A DNA stretch of 54,754 bases from Bdellovibrionales bacterium (GTDB taxonomy: Bacteria; Bdellovibrionota; Bdellovibrionia; Bdellovibrionales; DASUEL01), in contig JBFWOZ010000018.1 of assembly GCA_050250255.1 (NCBI GenBank), positions 1-54,754 of the forward strand, in the 5' to 3' direction. The notes under the pieces were generated by a model. It saw nothing but the letters and a program-made list of their open reading frames with translations. It was not told the origin of the DNA and ran no database searches. The position numbers were made by a program, and so were the translations under genes. Within the stretch, counting starts at the first letter, position 1; each line of letters opens with the position of its first letter. This document shows positions 28,840 through 38,163 of this stretch, in pieces.

Positions 28840-29478
28840 TTACTTTTGCTCGCTATCGTCGTCGTTTGGAAGAACGAAGATGTGGACCATCCATGCGATG
28901 ATATCATAGGGATTAGTAAAGAGCGTGTCTTGTAAAGCACCCATGCTTTGGCAGGTGAAAGTACCGACTTCGTTAAGGCCAGCTTTCATACGTCCCTTAC
29001 AAGAGCCAGCACCTTTTGCTGGCGTCTTGTAGAGCTCAACCATGTAATCATTATTCCAATACATGTAGAAAGTGCCTTTAGTAGGATTTGTGTAAACATC
29101 AACTTTCACTTGTTCTGCTATCATTCCCATGATGCGGACTTCACCCTTCTCGTTCACATAGGAGTCGAGGTTGGAATACTTATTCATGCTCCACATTTTT
29201 CCAAGGAAGTTTGTGTGCGTACCGGTACTTCTTAGATACAAGAAGTCCTGCATGCTTCCGATGTGCATGCGAAATTGATCTCCGTCTATGAAAGCCGCGA
29301 GAGGTGTGTTGCCGCCCCCACCCACCCAGCTTCCCTGACGTACGCCACCCATTTCTTTAATCAAAATCTTGTTAAAACCCTCTTGATTTTGAAAGGCAAT
29401 GCTGAGTTGCCCATCCGCAAAAGATGTAGATGAAATGAATAGTAATAAAACAGCAAGTATCGCTCGTTGAATAGCCAT
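28840..29478 (-). CDS. Secreted hypothetical protein
   Basis: GGGGG RBS; signal peptide ending SFA; beta-rich mature region. Confidence 0.7.
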   Translation of the reverse strand: MAIQRAILAVLLLFISSTSFADGQLSIAFQNQEGFNKILIKEMGGVRQGSWVGGGGNTPLAAFIDGDQFRMHIGSMQDFLYLRSTGTHTNFLGKMWSMNKYSNLDSYVNEKGEVRIMGMIAEQVKVDVYTNPTKGTFYMYWNNDYMVELYKTPAKGAGSCKGRMKAGLNEVGTFTCQSMGALQDTLFTNPYDIIAWMVHIFVLPNDDDSEQK

Positions 29479-29597
29479 CGTTCCCCCCTAGGCTATGACA
29501 TGTTGCACATACCCACTCGGTCTTTCCTTCGTCTTACCTTAGATATCTTAGGACCTGTACTATTCTAAGATTCAAAATAAAAACCGTTTAACTATGT

Positions 29598-30005
29598 TTA
29601 CTTTAGGATATCTAAGATTGTGTGAAGAATTCTGCGATTCGCCTCGGGAATTTCCATTTTCGGTATTTCGTCGGGGTCTACCCACCGAAGGTCGGTGTGG
29701 TGTTTAGGCTTGGGTTCGCCCTTCCAGAAGGGGATATCGAAAAAAAGAAGCACGACTCCACGGTCACCATACGCATGAGTGTTGGCGAACCTCAGAGCAC
29801 CAACTTCCGCTTCGATGGAGAGCTCTTCAAAGAGCTCTCGTTTCAAAGCTTCTACAGGAGATTCACCAATTTCAATTTTTCCACCAGGAAATTCCCATTG
29901 ACCAGCAAGACTGTTGCCAGTGGGACGTTGCCCGAGAAGAACTTTACCATTTTTTCGAATTAAGCCCGTCACAACGGGTATCCATATAGGACGCTTTGCT
30001 CTCAC
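29598..30005 (-). CDS. mutT: 8-oxo-dGTP diphosphatase, NUDIX family
   Basis: WEFPGGKIEIGESPVEALKRELFEEL Nudix box; PEAN. Confidence 0.85.
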   Translation of the reverse strand: MRAKRPIWIPVVTGLIRKNGKVLLGQRPTGNSLAGQWEFPGGKIEIGESPVEALKRELFEELSIEAEVGALRFANTHAYGDRGVVLLFFDIPFWKGEPKPKHHTDLRWVDPDEIPKMEIPEANRRILHTILDILK

Positions 30006-30153
30006 TTGTTCAGTGTAGGGAGTGCTAGGGCAGGTGTCATGGGGCAGTGCTCATGGATGGAGATAGATATCATCCATGGGATTCTTCTTTCTTGACCTGA
30101 CACTGCCCCTACATCTAATTATCTTTTATGGACAACATAGCAGAGGAACAGAA

Positions 30154-31392
30154 ATGAAATTTCAACAAGCATGGTCTTTTCTTTTTTTAACATTTTCATT
30201 CAAGGTTCACGCACAAGCTGTTATCACTTACAAAGAAGTGGCACCGATTATTTCTCAAAAGTGCTTGAGCTGTCATGGTGCTATTCCCATGGGAGCTCCT
30301 TTTTCTCTTGATACCTACGAGGCTTTAATGAGCCACGCCGAAGCTGTTCGTACTTCTGTTCAGACCCGTAATATGCCACCTTTTGCGGTCGACAACACAG
30401 GCGCTTGTGGCACTTACGGTAACATCACAAGTCTTTCGGATAAAGAAATTCAAGTCATCTCAGATTGGGTAACGACAGGTAAGAAACCTGGAACTCCAGA
30501 TAATTTACCCCCGCCTCAGCTTTCCAATCGTTTGGAGCATGTGGATGCAACACCAATGATGATGGAGCCGTATACGCCGGGCAACATGGATGAATATCGT
30601 TGTTTTGTTTTAAATCCCGTGACCACAACGGATCGATTTATCTCCGGTTACAACGTGATTCCTGGAAACCCGGATGTTGTTCATCACGTGATTTTATATA
30701 TTCCGACCGAAAGAGGCCAAAGACTTGCGGAGCAACTTGATGCCCAAGATCCAAAGCCAGGGTATTCCTGTTTTGGTAGCGCCCTTACAGAAGCAGCACC
30801 TGTCGTGGCCTCTGCACTTGGAACGAGTGCGACGCTATTTCCACAAAACACCGGCATTAAAATCCCGGCGAATCGCAAAGTCATCCTGCAAGTGCATTAC
30901 GGCCACAGCCATCAAGTGACGCAAAAATCATCAGCTGGGCCAGACCAAACAAAAGTGCAATTGCAGCTTGAAACATCTGTGAATAAAGAGGCAGAAATCG
31001 TCTTACCAGGACAGATTCGAAATTTTACAATTCCACCAAAACAAGAGCGCTATCCGTTTATCAAATCTTGGGCCGTTGCAAATTCCGGCGCACTCTTCCG
31101 TCCGTTTGATCTTTACGGAGTGCTTCCGCATATGCATATGTATGGGAAAGATATTCGTTTCAGTGTCACTCGTGCGCGCACCACTGCGAATTCTTGCTTG
31201 ATGGATGTGCCTCGTTGGAACTTTAACCGTCAACATCTCTATTTTTACCAAACTCCGATTTCCATCAACGATGGTGACGAAATCAAAATCACTTGCGCCT
31301 ACAATACGATGAGATCTAGTGTTCCTATTCCGTTTGGAGATTCCTCTTCTGAGGAAATGTGCCTTGTGGGTCTGTATTTAGTATGGAAATAA
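30154..31392 (+). CDS. Secreted haem-c / copper type II (PHM/DBH-like) monooxygenase fusion
   Basis: Signal peptide; CLSCH...MPP cytochrome domain; VVHHVILY, QVHY, PHMH and EEMC copper ligands. Confidence 0.8.
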   Translation: MKFQQAWSFLFLTFSFKVHAQAVITYKEVAPIISQKCLSCHGAIPMGAPFSLDTYEALMSHAEAVRTSVQTRNMPPFAVDNTGACGTYGNITSLSDKEIQVISDWVTTGKKPGTPDNLPPPQLSNRLEHVDATPMMMEPYTPGNMDEYRCFVLNPVTTTDRFISGYNVIPGNPDVVHHVILYIPTERGQRLAEQLDAQDPKPGYSCFGSALTEAAPVVASALGTSATLFPQNTGIKIPANRKVILQVHYGHSHQVTQKSSAGPDQTKVQLQLETSVNKEAEIVLPGQIRNFTIPPKQERYPFIKSWAVANSGALFRPFDLYGVLPHMHMYGKDIRFSVTRARTTANSCLMDVPRWNFNRQHLYFYQTPISINDGDEIKITCAYNTMRSSVPIPFGDSSSEEMCLVGLYLVWK

Positions 31393-31449
31393 AGGTACGG
31401 ACACACTTTTGGGACGCACGTAGTCCCAAAAGTGTGTCCGTACCTTTAT
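31389..31449. repeat. Perfect 27-bp inverted repeat (REP-like hairpin, possible bidirectional terminator)
   Basis: Arms 31389-31415 and 31423-31449 are exact reverse complements around a 7-nt loop; lies between convergent genes. Confidence 0.9.
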
Positions 31450-31463
31450 CGGCTTGGCGGTAT

Positions 31464-32432
31464 TTAACTCTTGAAGTGGCAACGGACTCGATCGAAGAAC
31501 ATTGGACCTTCATAAATAAGGGCGGTGTAAGCTTGCACGAGATCGGCGCCGATTTCCAAACGTTCTTCGACATCTTTTGGAGTCATGATTCCACCGACGG
31601 AAATTACGAGGCGATCCTTTTTTTCAGAACCTAAAAGTCTTAAAAATCTTTTTAAACACAATTTGGATTTAGCGTTGAGGAATTGTCCCGATACACCACC
31701 TTCGGCAGGGTAGGGAGAGCCGTTCCAACGATCGAGTGTGGTATTGGTGAGGATCCAGCCAGAAATATTTTGTTTGAGACTGGCGGAGAGAAGAGCTTCC
31801 ATTTGTGACTCGTCCATGTCGGGACTGAGTTTCAAAAGAAGTGGAACCGATGAAGGTTTCTCACTCACATTCTTTAAAAACAAATCGATGTTTTCTGACT
31901 TGAGCAGATCTCGAAGACCCGACGTATTGGGGCTACTGATGTTGATCACGAAAGCATCCGCCAAACCTTGAAACTCTTCGATGAGATGAGTGTAATCTTT
32001 ATGGGCATCTTCTAGATCGGTAATACGATTTTTCCCGATATTCACAAAGAGAGGCATGTCGGCCGTACGAGTGACTGTTTTTAGGCGAGCTTTAATCGCG
32101 CCCGCCCCGTCATTGGGAAAACCAAGTCTATTCCAAAGCGTGCGTGAAGAAACATCCCGAAGAATCACCCGTCCGGGATTTGGTTTTTGTGCTTGAGGTG
32201 TAACCGTACCGATCTCTAAAAAACCTGCACCGAAATGTTTCCATGCAGAAATCTGCCGAGCATTTTTATCAACGCCACCAGCGATACCCACGGGATTACG
32301 AAATTTTAAATTTCCCCACGTTACACTCTTCCATTGGCTTTCCACGGGAGGAGTGAACTTCGCATAAAAATTTAGGCCCATGGGGCCTAAATCGTGTGCG
32401 AGTTTTGGAGGAATCCAAAGCCAGGGTTTCAT
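31464..32432 (-). CDS. pyrD: Quinone-dependent dihydroorotate dehydrogenase
   Basis: NPVGIAGGVDK, EIGTVTP, NRLGFPN, NISSPNT, KLSPD, TNTT, GGVSG. ATG 32432 avoids the overlap with gdhA. Confidence 0.95.
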   Translation of the reverse strand: MKPWLWIPPKLAHDLGPMGLNFYAKFTPPVESQWKSVTWGNLKFRNPVGIAGGVDKNARQISAWKHFGAGFLEIGTVTPQAQKPNPGRVILRDVSSRTLWNRLGFPNDGAGAIKARLKTVTRTADMPLFVNIGKNRITDLEDAHKDYTHLIEEFQGLADAFVINISSPNTSGLRDLLKSENIDLFLKNVSEKPSSVPLLLKLSPDMDESQMEALLSASLKQNISGWILTNTTLDRWNGSPYPAEGGVSGQFLNAKSKLCLKRFLRLLGSEKKDRLVISVGGIMTPKDVEERLEIGADLVQAYTALIYEGPMFFDRVRCHFKS

Positions 32433-32449
32433 TTTTATCAAACCTGTTC

Positions 32450-33709
32450 TTAGCGTGGGTAGAGACCTCGAAGAAGCATCGCTTTTTGTAATCTTTGAAT
32501 CGCACAGCACATCGCAGCGTCTCTTAAATGAATTTGCTTTTCTTGTCCCATCGCCCAAACACGTTGGAAGGCTGGAACAATCATGTTCTTCAAGTTTTGA
32601 TTTACTTCTTCAGCGCTCCAGAAATAAGAGCCGATATCTTGAACCCACTCGAAGTAAGACACGATCACGCCACCTGCATTGGCCACGATATCAGGAACGA
32701 TGTAGCAGCCTTTTTTCGAGAGAAGTTCGTTCGCTTCGCTCGTAAGAGGACCGTTCGCGCCTTCGATGATCATCTTTGCTTCTACTTGGTGCACGTTCTT
32801 TTCGTTGATGACGCCATCGAGAGCGGCGGGAATGAGGCAAGTCACTTTTAACAACAGAAGGTTTTCGTTAGAAATGGATTCGCCGCCAAATCCTTTAAGA
32901 GTTTTATTCTTTTTGTAAAACTCGATAAGACGAGGAATGTCGAGACCATTGGGATCATGAATTCCACCGTTGACGTCGGAAACGGCGATCACTCTTGCGC
33001 CGATTTCATGAGCATAAAGAGCCGCATGCGAACCTACGTTACCAAAACCTTGAATGGCCACGGTAAAATTAGAATCCACTTTCATTTTCAATGTTCTTGC
33101 TAGTTCTTCCATGATGAAGATTGCGCCTTGTCCCGTCGCACCTTCACGGCCAAGAGATCCGCCAATTTCCAGAGGTTTACCGGTAACTACTCCAGGGCAA
33201 GCGTATCCTCGTTCTTGAGAGTAGGTATCCATCAACCACGCCATTGTTTGCGCGTCGGTACCTACATCAGGCGCCGGAATATCAATAGTTGGTCCGATGA
33301 AATTAGAAATCTCCGTCGTATATCGACGGGTCATGTTTTGCTTTTCAGTGCGCGAAAGTTTTGTGGGATCAACTTGGATTCCACCCTTCGCTCCTCCGAG
33401 AGGAAGATGCATCACGGAGTTTTTGAAAGTCATGAGCATGGCAAGACCAGCCACTTCGCTCAAATTCACAGATTCGTGATAACGAATCCCGCCTTTCCAA
33501 GGTCCAAGAGTTTGGCTGTGTTGAACGCGGTAACCGTTAAACACTTTCACCGAATGATCGTCCATGCGTACGGGAACGCTGACGATGATCGCTCTTTTTG
33601 GCTTTTTCAAACGGATGATAATGTTGGGATCGGCATCAATGATTTTTGCCGCGTGTTCAAGAGTTTTAACAATGTTTTTATAGAGATGACCTTCGGTCAA
33701 ATGATCCAT
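32450..33709 (-). CDS. gdhA: Glutamate dehydrogenase (Glu/Leu/Phe/Val family)
   Basis: GYRVQH, KGGIRY, GGAKGG, PAPDVGT, VTGKP, QGFGNVG, EGANGP, NAGGVIVSYFEW. Confidence 0.93.
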   Translation of the reverse strand: MDHLTEGHLYKNIVKTLEHAAKIIDADPNIIIRLKKPKRAIIVSVPVRMDDHSVKVFNGYRVQHSQTLGPWKGGIRYHESVNLSEVAGLAMLMTFKNSVMHLPLGGAKGGIQVDPTKLSRTEKQNMTRRYTTEISNFIGPTIDIPAPDVGTDAQTMAWLMDTYSQERGYACPGVVTGKPLEIGGSLGREGATGQGAIFIMEELARTLKMKVDSNFTVAIQGFGNVGSHAALYAHEIGARVIAVSDVNGGIHDPNGLDIPRLIEFYKKNKTLKGFGGESISNENLLLLKVTCLIPAALDGVINEKNVHQVEAKMIIEGANGPLTSEANELLSKKGCYIVPDIVANAGGVIVSYFEWVQDIGSYFWSAEEVNQNLKNMIVPAFQRVWAMGQEKQIHLRDAAMCCAIQRLQKAMLLRGLYPR

Positions 33710-33807
33710 GAAATGTCTCCTTCAGAGTAAGGTATTAACTTGTCCAATTTGAAAGACAAAGTCAATTTTTGCTGGGCTTTTCCGAGAGGACGCCCTAATC
33801 TTAGGAG

Positions 33808-34734
33808 ATGGGTTTTCTTTCTAAAATCACAGCGCCGGGGGCGCCATATCAGGCCGAGATATATATTGAAGGCACAGGACCTTGGGCTCAAAGTTTTGTA
33901 GACTCAGTGAAGCAATGTATTGCACAGCGCGCAATTAATCTTCAAGTGAATGTGACGAAGGATCCCTCTAGCCTCAAAGAAGTGATGGAACCTCTGCTCA
34001 AACTCCAGCAGTTTGTCGCCTCAAAAGGTGGAAAAGTGATTCTCGTGGGTGCACCCGCTGAAGGACTTGAGGCTTTGAAGGCCGCAGGAATTCAAGTAGA
34101 AGTTGCACCACCACAACCTGCTCCGATAAGTGCTGCGCCTGTTGCGGCCGCAATACCAACTGCTCCTTCGGCGGTTCCCGCCGCTCCTCCTGTTGCTGTT
34201 CCAGCGGCATCAACTGCACCTGTTCCATTTGATATGACAGAACTTGAAACTCTTTTGAAAAAAGCAGAGGGCGGCTTGCTGCCCGCGAATGAAGTTGTGC
34301 CTCTTGCTCAAAGTACGAAAGTTGTTTTAGAGGGTTTGCTCAAAGAAATAGAAAAGCGCGGCCAAGAGCATCAAGATTTCACCGCTTTTTTGAAACACTT
34401 AGCAAAACATCAAACAGTGGATGTCTCAAAAGTGAAAGAACTTTCGGAAGTTGCGACAAAAGAAAGCGACATTGGCCGGCAGCGAGAACAAATTCCAAGT
34501 TTGAAAAAACAAATGGTCGAGGCGAAGACTCTTCTTGAAACAGAAGAGAAAGCCAGCAAAGAGTTTATTCAAAAATCTGATGCTGAAAGTAAAAAGAAGT
34601 TAGAGACATTTAAAAAAGAACTCGACACGGTAAAATCCAACCATAAAAAATTGGAAGCAGATTTTCAAAAGCGCATAGATACCAAAAAGGCAGAAATCGG
34701 CAAGATTGAAGCGCAAAAGGCTGCGAAGACGTGA
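33808..34734 (+). CDS. Hypothetical protein: small alpha/beta (STAS-like) domain, Pro/Ala linker, coiled coil
   Basis: LLKLQQFVASKGGKVILVG..EALKAAGI resembles a STAS C-terminus; PA-rich linker; Lys/Glu-rich helix. Stop overlaps the GT9 start. Confidence 0.6.
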   Translation: MGFLSKITAPGAPYQAEIYIEGTGPWAQSFVDSVKQCIAQRAINLQVNVTKDPSSLKEVMEPLLKLQQFVASKGGKVILVGAPAEGLEALKAAGIQVEVAPPQPAPISAAPVAAAIPTAPSAVPAAPPVAVPAASTAPVPFDMTELETLLKKAEGGLLPANEVVPLAQSTKVVLEGLLKEIEKRGQEHQDFTAFLKHLAKHQTVDVSKVKELSEVATKESDIGRQREQIPSLKKQMVEAKTLLETEEKASKEFIQKSDAESKKKLETFKKELDTVKSNHKKLEADFQKRIDTKKAEIGKIEAQKAAKT

Positions 34735-35747
34735 AGCCATTAATTTTCAAAAAAGTTTTGATGGTTCGCATGGATCGCATTGGTGATTTGATCCTCACTT
34801 TGCCGGTCGACCAACTGTCTGGTTTTAAAAATTCTGACATTACTTGGCTGATTCAACGAGGAATGGAATTCCTTCCTGAAAACAGCTCACCGAAAAGAAA
34901 ATATGTTTCTTGGGATCGACGCTTTTATTTTCGTTCTGCTTGGACGCTCTTTCAGTTTTTACGTCGGGAACGTTTTGATGCGGCCATCTTTTTTCATGCC
35001 CCTTGGTGGCTCAGCGCTGTTTGTATGCTTGCAGGGATTCACTTTCGTGCAGGTGTAAGAAGTCAGTGGCATTCCTATATTTTTCTTTCACGAGGAATTC
35101 GACAAAAGAGAAGTCACGCCAAGTATCACGAATCGGAATACAACAAGCGTTTGGTCCAACAAGCTTTGCGTTGGGATACAAAAGAGTCGGTGGGGTCTCC
35201 ACTGAAAGTAAATTATCCGGTGGACTATTCACGACTGAAAACTTTGGGACTTGAAGAAAACTACATTGTGGTACATCCAGGCATGGCAGGATCGGCCCGA
35301 AATTGGACCGTCCCACTTTATGCGGAGTTTATTGAGGATTTAGCAAAAAAAGATCAGATTGTAGTGACGGCTTCGCCGAGCGATCAGCCTTGGGTGGAGC
35401 AAATTAAAGAAAAAGTGCAACATTCAAATGTAAAGTGGTCCGTCATCACGGACGCGAAGGATTGGCTGAACGTTTTGGCGGCGAGTCGTGCGGTGATTGC
35501 TCCTTCGACGGGAACGATTCACGTGGCGGCCTCCTTAGGAGTTCCATGTCTGGGAATTTACTCTCCCGTTCGTGTACAGGCACCAAAGCGCTGGGGTCCT
35601 CTAGGGGCAAACGTAGGAATTATTGTTCCTGACGTAGAATGTCCAGGGCATATGAAATGTTTGATGGAGAGTTGTCCGCGCTTTGATTGTATGAGAGATA
35701 TCACGGTAGAAGAGGTCAAGGCGGGCCTCTCGAAGATTATGGGATGA
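34731..35747 (+). CDS. Glycosyltransferase family 9 (LPS heptosyltransferase-like)
   Basis: RMDRIGDLILTLP, VVHPG, RNW, STGTIHVAASLGVP, RWGP. Confidence 0.92.
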   Translation: MKPLIFKKVLMVRMDRIGDLILTLPVDQLSGFKNSDITWLIQRGMEFLPENSSPKRKYVSWDRRFYFRSAWTLFQFLRRERFDAAIFFHAPWWLSAVCMLAGIHFRAGVRSQWHSYIFLSRGIRQKRSHAKYHESEYNKRLVQQALRWDTKESVGSPLKVNYPVDYSRLKTLGLEENYIVVHPGMAGSARNWTVPLYAEFIEDLAKKDQIVVTASPSDQPWVEQIKEKVQHSNVKWSVITDAKDWLNVLAASRAVIAPSTGTIHVAASLGVPCLGIYSPVRVQAPKRWGPLGANVGIIVPDVECPGHMKCLMESCPRFDCMRDITVEEVKAGLSKIMG

Positions 35748-36793
35748 AACCAATGAACGCATCAAAATCGCACTTAAAAGAAAATCTCACGCAAGTTTTA
35801 AAACGTCTGCCGCAGATGAAAGGTCGAAAGATGATCATCGTGGGAGATTCGGGTCTTGATGAATATGTATTTGGTCGCGTTCGTCGTATCAGCCCTGAAG
35901 CTCCTGTTCCTATCGTGGAAGTGGTGGATGATGGAACGACCGACTACCGCTTGGGCCTTTCAACAAACGTGGCTCAAAATATCACTTCTCTTGGTGGCGT
36001 TTGCCATTTGATTTCAGTTATTGGCGATGATCCTGCAGGACAATCTCTTAAAGGAATCTTAGATAAAGCCAAAGTTTCTCCAGAGCATTTAGTAGTTGAT
36101 GAAACTCGTCCGACCACACGCAAACTTCGGGTCATGACAGGACAGCATCACATCGTGCGCGTGGACTACGAACATCAACGCTTTGTCTCTTCGCAGGTCG
36201 AAACCAAAATTCTCGATCGCGCGAAAAAGCTAATCGCCGATTGCGACGGTTTGATCATTCAAGATTACGCTAAAGGTGTCGTGAGTGAATCCTGCGCCCA
36301 AGCTTTGATTCAGCTCGCGAAAAAACATAATAAAAAAGTATTTGTCGATCCACACCGAAGCACTCCGATGCATTACTACCGTGGATCCGATGTGATGACT
36401 CCCAATCACGACGAAGCGATGTCTTTGAGTCGCTTGAGTTTTGATGAACTTCGCAAGGCTTCCGACTCTCTTCAAGAAGTGGCGGATACCATTCGTCAAG
36501 CCGTACAGTCGCCAACTCTCGTGATCACTCGCGGAAAAGACGGCATGAGCTTGTACGAAAATACAAACACGATTCAAATTCCCACTTTCGCCAGACAAGT
36601 CTTCGACGTGGCGGGTGCTGGTGACACAGTCATCGCTGCTCTCTCTATGGCCTGGGCCTCAGGTTTTTCTCTTCAAGAGTCTTGCCTCATCGGCAACATG
36701 GCTGCGGGAGTCGTCGTCGGTAAAATCGGTTGCGTTCCTTGCCATTACTCCGAGCTCGAATCCTGGATTCAGCAGCACACGGAGAATGTTTAG
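35744..36793 (+). CDS. rfaE1: D-glycero-beta-D-manno-heptose-7-phosphate kinase (RfaE/HldE domain I)
   Basis: RISPEAPVP, RPTTRKLR, QDYAKG, TPN..EA, VFDVAGAGDTV, VVVGKIG. Probable start at 35744 overlapping the GT9 stop. Confidence 0.93.
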   Translation: MKPMNASKSHLKENLTQVLKRLPQMKGRKMIIVGDSGLDEYVFGRVRRISPEAPVPIVEVVDDGTTDYRLGLSTNVAQNITSLGGVCHLISVIGDDPAGQSLKGILDKAKVSPEHLVVDETRPTTRKLRVMTGQHHIVRVDYEHQRFVSSQVETKILDRAKKLIADCDGLIIQDYAKGVVSESCAQALIQLAKKHNKKVFVDPHRSTPMHYYRGSDVMTPNHDEAMSLSRLSFDELRKASDSLQEVADTIRQAVQSPTLVITRGKDGMSLYENTNTIQIPTFARQVFDVAGAGDTVIAALSMAWASGFSLQESCLIGNMAAGVVVGKIGCVPCHYSELESWIQQHTENV

Positions 36794-36889
36794 AGTTCGT
36801 GTGCGTTCATGACCTATAAATGTTCGAGAAGCACTCCAGGTTGGTGATTGTTAAAATATTTTGATAAACTTTTTTTGGAGGTGGTAGTT

Positions 36890-37333
36890 ATGAAGATATT
36901 AACAATATTTATCTTATTTATTTCAATTCAAACAGTTGCCTCTTCTAAGATTAAAGGTAGTGAATTAAGTGTAAAACTTAAGGTTAGTAGTGGCCATGGA
37001 GACTACACTGAAACAGTTTTAGAGAAAGATCTTAAAATAAAAATCCCTATGGCAAATGGGCACGAGAAGTCTGAAACAATTGTTAATGTCAGAGGAAGAA
37101 ATATTTTAGTTTATGTTAGGGTGAGTCGATTGGGTGCATACAGTAAACCTGCAATTGATATTCAATTTGGATTTCAAGAGCAGAGCGGTGAGCCCTTTCA
37201 AGGGATGGTTGAAATTGCTCCCATATACACTGATGAAAAAGTTAAAGATATTTACCTTATAGGTCCTCGAATTAATTTAAATGGCAATTCTTACAGTAGT
37301 AATTTTGCCCTCTTAAGCGGAAAAATCAATTGA
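36890..37333 (+). CDS. Secreted hypothetical protein in an AT-rich segment
   Basis: GGAGG RBS; signal peptide MKILTIFILFISIQTVA; visibly AT-rich codons. Confidence 0.65.
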   Translation: MKILTIFILFISIQTVASSKIKGSELSVKLKVSSGHGDYTETVLEKDLKIKIPMANGHEKSETIVNVRGRNILVYVRVSRLGAYSKPAIDIQFGFQEQSGEPFQGMVEIAPIYTDEKVKDIYLIGPRINLNGNSYSSNFALLSGKIN

Positions 37334-37589
37334 TTACAAACCACTTTCTGATTCTCATATGAAAAGTTAGCAGCTATTTTTTTCTGCTAAGAACAATATA
37401 AAAACCAAATTATCTTTCGACGCCATACTAGACTCCGCTCGCAAGATGGCGAGCTAATTTCTACTTATTTTTTAGTGTTGCTGATTGTAATTCACCAATC
37501 AAACATTGGGTTTCTAGGCAAAAGTCTCATGGCTTCTAGTCTTTACGATATACCAGGAAAGACAGATAATATTCGAGTGGAGGTAAATT

Positions 37590-38108
37590 ATGAAAATAAT
37601 TGGAATCATTGTTGTTGAGATCTGCGCAATTTTTTTGGTGATTCAAGTGTCGGCTAATGACTGCTTATTGGTCGAACAAATGAAGTTGTCTATGGAGGCC
37701 CATAAACTAAATCATCTGAATCACATGTGCACACGAACTCCAGAAGGCGGACCATGCAAACTTAAAAGCGTCAGTTGCAACGGTATCGCTTGCCAAGTTG
37801 TCGATGAAGCGCGCACAAGAGTTACCTATGAGCCCATGCATCCTGACGCAAGCAAAGAAGGCTATGTTTCCTATCCTGACATCGATAGGAAATCTGAGTG
37901 GATAGCAATGTCAGCAAATGCGCAAGTACTCAAGCAACTAGGAACAAAATGCGGTGTTTTAGTCAAAGATAATGGTTCCTCATCCATAGTGGCTTATTCC
38001 TCAGCGAGCGACGTACAACTCGATGTTTTTAACTTTGATGCACAGACTAATCTTGCAGCATGGACACGTATTTATAAGAACGGAGCTACACAGGTCTCAC
38101 GTTTCTGA
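37590..38108 (+). CDS. Secreted protein with an FlgC-like core
   Basis: GGAGG RBS; signal peptide; TRTPEGGP and YEPMHPDASKEGYVSYPDI match flagellar rod FlgC motifs. Confidence 0.65.
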   Translation: MKIIGIIVVEICAIFLVIQVSANDCLLVEQMKLSMEAHKLNHLNHMCTRTPEGGPCKLKSVSCNGIACQVVDEARTRVTYEPMHPDASKEGYVSYPDIDRKSEWIAMSANAQVLKQLGTKCGVLVKDNGSSSIVAYSSASDVQLDVFNFDAQTNLAAWTRIYKNGATQVSRF

Positions 38109-38163
38109 TTTGTGACTAAAATCTGCGATCCGTTGATTGCTCAACAGTACCTAGATTATCAAA

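Noticed and set aside
32433..32558. Apparent 109-nt overlap of pyrD with gdhA
   Set aside because: Disappears when ATG 32432 (MKPWLW) is used as the start.
33128..33730. 200-aa ORF antisense to gdhA
   Set aside because: Almost entirely overlaps a conserved gene, with no RBS or recognisable motif; a typical shadow ORF.
34100..34230. Low-complexity GCT/CCT-rich stretch
   Set aside because: Explained by the Pro/Ala linker codons; not a DNA repeat array.
37543..37569. Possible sigma28 promoter before the FlgC-like gene
   Set aside because: ACAGATAA has two mismatches to GCCGATAA and the -35 element is poor.
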